DNA from: an uncultured virus (IMG/VR IMGVR_UViG_2687453479_000001)
Taxonomy: Duplodnaviria > Heunggongvirae > Uroviricota > Caudoviricetes
Direction: 5' to 3' (one strand)
DNA: 20,000 nucleotides
IMG/VR virus record: IMGVR_UViG_2687453479_000001
Shown piece by piece: positions 17,107 through 20,000 of this stretch. Under the pieces are notes generated by a model. That model had not been told where the DNA came from. It searched no databases and worked only from the letters and a program-made list of their open reading frames with translations. The number at the start of each line of letters is the position of its first letter. Positions within the stretch are counted from its first letter, which is position 1. A program made the translations under genes and the position numbers.

Positions 17107-17167
17107 GTGAACCTCCGTGGTAGATGGCGGACGGTTCACATGTTGAATAACCGAGGTACAGCGGTGT

Positions 17168-17198
17168 CCGAATTCGGTTAAGCCATATCCGAATTCGG
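17168..17198. repeat. Two CCGAATTCGG palindromes 21 bp apart upstream of alpA
   Basis: Exact copies at 17168-17177 and 17189-17198. Confidence 0.8.
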
Positions 17199-17212
17199 GT
17201 TAGGTAGGCGCT

Positions 17213-18235
17213 CTACGCCGATTTGCTGTCCAGCAAGGCGGCAGCTTCCTTCATGTATTTGCGGATAGTGTCATCGGAGACGGGCAGCCCAACTTCTTCC
17301 AGATCTCGGGCAATATCGGCAATCGCGCTACTTCGCTGTGCCGAGGCGTCATGTCCATACCCCCGAATTGCCATGCCGATGATGATCTTATACAGCGTGT
17401 CGCGCTCGCGGGTACCAATTTCCTTAGTCTCAGGTTCGACCAATGTCTGCTTGAACTCGTCCAACACCTGCGTGCGCACGACTAGCACCGAGTCGTCAGG
17501 CAAGCCACCCGAAGGATAGAAATTTTCGTGGTATTTTTTTATGCGCCTCGCTTCTTTGTATTTTTCCCGCTTGGCGTTAAAAGTTTCACGTAACCTCTCG
17601 GCCTCTGCCGATTCGATATTGCGTTCTGTAATGTACCTCTCTAACTCCAATCCTTGCGCTTTAGAACCTTGCTGATATTCGTTGTCGTCGAAATCCGCTT
17701 GCACTTGACATATATCGTCAGGTCCGCGCACAAGAAACGCACCGTCTAACGTTTCAGCAGTTATCGATGGTCCGCCGGTTAGGGCTAGGTACTGGTGCTC
17801 AATATCCAGGCGCTCGCCTCCAATCATGGGTAAATCCCACAGCCCCCACACAGAAGTCACTTCCTCATGGTTCAAGGTTGCCCATTGTGTGTCACTCAGA
17901 CGTAGAGAGGTGATAAACGGAACACTACCTTCCGATTTATCGTGAATGGCAGCCAGGCCCTTCTGAGCGAATGAGCGCGGGACCGGAATCGAAGTTAAAT
18001 TATCAGGAACTTCGTCACGGGCGATCGCGGCCACCAGCTCGTCGATGCTGTGAGTGACGATCTTGCCGCGCTTCACCTGTGCTCCATTAGGTAGGTAGAC
18101 AGACAGTTTTATATGCCCATCTAGTCCCAGCCTCAGAATATCCGCTTCCGTCACATCTTCTTCAAGCGAATGGCTCAGGTACTTCGCTGCATCGGAAACT
18201 GTTAACCATTCTTTCAGCTTATAGAGCTTACTCAT
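17213..18235 (-). CDS. Hypothetical protein, 340 aa, HTH-like N- and C-termini
   Basis: ATG 18235 with GAGG RBS; WLTVSDAAKYLS and IADIARDLEEVGLPVSDDTIRKYM segments; lower GC than its flanks. Confidence 0.8.
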   Translation of the reverse strand: MSKLYKLKEWLTVSDAAKYLSHSLEEDVTEADILRLGLDGHIKLSVYLPNGAQVKRGKIVTHSIDELVAAIARDEVPDNLTSIPVPRSFAQKGLAAIHDKSEGSVPFITSLRLSDTQWATLNHEEVTSVWGLWDLPMIGGERLDIEHQYLALTGGPSITAETLDGAFLVRGPDDICQVQADFDDNEYQQGSKAQGLELERYITERNIESAEAERLRETFNAKREKYKEARRIKKYHENFYPSGGLPDDSVLVVRTQVLDEFKQTLVEPETKEIGTRERDTLYKIIIGMAIRGYGHDASAQRSSAIADIARDLEEVGLPVSDDTIRKYMKEAAALLDSKSA

Positions 18236-18269
18236 CGTGCTGTCCTCGCACTGCCCAAAAAGTGTAGTG

Positions 18270-18325
18270 GCCAGCACCAGACCGCTGGGCTTGCGGCTTT
18301 TCCCGCCGTCGCGGTAGGTGCTGGC
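18270..18325 (-). ncRNA. Candidate structured leader RNA
   Basis: Nested stems GCCAGCACC/GGTGCTGGC, ACCGC/GCGGT and GCGG/CCGC with a GAAAAG loop. Confidence 0.5.
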
Positions 18326-18332
18326 GTAAGAG

Positions 18333-18707
18333 TTAGCTGTTAAGCAGTACGGCCTTAGCCGCCTCTATTGCTTCCACGCCGCGCACACGGTCGCGCACCC
18401 ATGTTTCAAAGATCGGTCGTTCATCGCCGGTCATTGTGTACTCGTACCGATAAGCGATAAACAGACATTCGATGATGCGTTTTTTGACGGTTTGCTGATG
18501 GCCGCGTTCATTTGTGAAGTCATCCAGGCGCTGAAGTATGTCAGCGAGCCCCAGCGCAATCAGTTCACCACGTTCATTCACCGCATCAATTTGAATTGGC
18601 GTACTGAAGCCAATAGTCGTTCCCAGCATCCGCAGCTTTCCTTGCGGCGCTGGTGGGTCTATAGGCTCGGGAATCGCCAGCGCAGGGGTTATATTGTGGT
18701 TAGCCAT
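18333..18707 (-). CDS. Hypothetical protein, 124 aa
   Basis: ATG with AGGAG RBS; lower GC; no recognised motif. Confidence 0.65.
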   Translation of the reverse strand: MANHNITPALAIPEPIDPPAPQGKLRMLGTTIGFSTPIQIDAVNERGELIALGLADILQRLDDFTNERGHQQTVKKRIIECLFIAYRYEYTMTGDERPIFETWVRDRVRGVEAIEAAKAVLLNS

Positions 18708-18788
18708 CGTTTTACTCCTAGATAGTGAATGATGGTCAGGGGTCGGAAGGCACTGTAACTGCCCACCGGCCCCGCTTGCCTGAATCCG

Positions 18789-20000
18789 TCAGGCGGCGGT
18801 CTTGCTAATCGAACTGATGGATGCGCCGGCCTTCAGTTTGTCTAGGTGGTCGGCCCAGGCTTGCATCATTTCCCGGCGCTCCTTGATGAACTTCGTCCGG
18901 TTGTAGGACGTGCCCAGGGCATCAGGAACCGCGTGCGCAAGCTGGTGCTCGATGACTTCGGCGGGGTAGTGCAACTGCTCGGCCAGCAGCGTGCGCGCTG
19001 TTGCGCGAAAGCCGTGAATGGTCATAGTTTCCTTGTCGTAGCCCATCCGGCGCAGTGCGGCCAGAAGCCCCTCTTTGGTCATCGGCCGCTTGGGACTGCG
19101 TTGGCCAGGAAAGACGTGCTCCATGCCGCCGGTGTACTGCCGTAAGTCGGTCAAGATGCTGACGGCCTGGCGCGCCAGCGGGACCAGGTGCTCGGTGCCC
19201 GTTTTGCTGGTGGTGTACCGCCATTCGGCCTTGTCCAGATCAATGTCAACCCACCGCGCGCCGCATAGCTCGCCGGGGCGGACAAAGACCAGGGGTGCCA
19301 GTTGCAGGGCAGCGCGGGTGCCGATACCGCCCTTGTAGGCGTCGATGGCGCGCAGCAGTTCGCCCAGCTCGGCAGGGTCGATGATCGCGGCGAAGTTGGT
19401 CCCCCGGTAGATTTTCAGTGCCCCCCGCAGGTCCGGGCAGGGGTCGCGCTCGGCCCGGCCGGTGGCGATGGCGTAGCGCATGACTTGGGAAATGTTGGTC
19501 TTCGCCCGGTGCGCCGTCTCGATGACGCCGCGCTTCTCGATGCGGCGCAGAACTTCCAGCACCATGGGCGCGGTAATCTCGGCCACAGACGTGCCGCCAA
19601 TCCAGGGAAAGATGTCCTTCTCCAGCCGGGCGATGATCTTGTCGGCGTGGCCATCGGCCTTGTCAGCCTTCCAGACCTCGAACCATTCCCTCGCCACCGT
19701 CTCGAAGCTGTTCGATGCCCGGCCGGCGCGGGCGGCCTTATGCGCCTTGCGGGCCGCGCTCGGGTCGATCCCATTCGCCACCATTCGGCGCGCTTCGTCG
19801 CGGCGCTGGCGGGCTTCTTTCAGGCTGACGGTGGGGTAGACCCCCAGGCTGATGAGCTTTTCCTTCCCGTCGAAGCGGTAGCGGAATCGCCATCCCCGGC
19901 TGCCCGTGGGGGTGATCTCCAGGTACAGGCCATCGGAGTCGGGCAGCTTCTGGAGCTTATCGCCAGGCTTGGCGGATCGGATCGCGGCGTCAGTGAGCAT
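18789..20000 (-). CDS. int: P4-family tyrosine integrase with N-terminal arm-binding domain
   Basis: MLTDAAIR...DGLYLEITPTG, LGVYPTVSLKEAR; catalytic RPGE, HGFR, LAH, SYNR. Confidence 0.96.
   Translation of the reverse strand: MLTDAAIRSAKPGDKLQKLPDSDGLYLEITPTGSRGWRFRYRFDGKEKLISLGVYPTVSLKEARQRRDEARRMVANGIDPSAARKAHKAARAGRASNSFETVAREWFEVWKADKADGHADKIIARLEKDIFPWIGGTSVAEITAPMVLEVLRRIEKRGVIETAHRAKTNISQVMRYAIATGRAERDPCPDLRGALKIYRGTNFAAIIDPAELGELLRAIDAYKGGIGTRAALQLAPLVFVRPGELCGARWVDIDLDKAEWRYTTSKTGTEHLVPLARQAVSILTDLRQYTGGMEHVFPGQRSPKRPMTKEGLLAALRRMGYDKETMTIHGFRATARTLLAEQLHYPAEVIEHQLAHAVPDALGTSYNRTKFIKERREMMQAWADHLDKLKAGASISSISKTAA

Larger units (their letters stand above)
8801..20000 (-). mobile_element. 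Capsid-forming phage-inducible chromosomal island (cf-PICI)-like satellite
   Basis: int, alpA, pri/rep, ori and a full HK97-type head/packaging set with no tail or lysis genes, in ~11.2 kb. Confidence 0.88.

Overview
High-GC (proteobacterial-looking) window made entirely of two adjacent mobile elements. Right (~8801-20000, all genes on the minus strand): a compact ~11 kb phage satellite with the gene content of a capsid-forming PICI (cf-PICI). It carries a P4-type tyrosine integrase, two unknown lower-GC genes, alpA, a primase-type Zn-finger protein, an AAA helicase, a 4-iteron origin, then HK97-type capsid, protease, portal, HNH, terS, terL, head-closure and head-tail connector genes, with no tail or lysis genes. 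It ends in a tRNA/tmRNA-like 3' fragment (att). A consensus LexA box lies just upstream of its capsid operon, and it has several structured non-coding segments. Left (1-~8800): one end of a prophage-like element with a DEAH helicase, SSB-like protein, Sak4-like ATPase, HTH protein, DUF2188, a large serine recombinase and a DUF1778/GNAT toxin-antitoxin pair. It has a deletion scar at ~5710 that joins two 5'-truncated divergent genes. All family assignments come from motif recognition by eye, not database searches.
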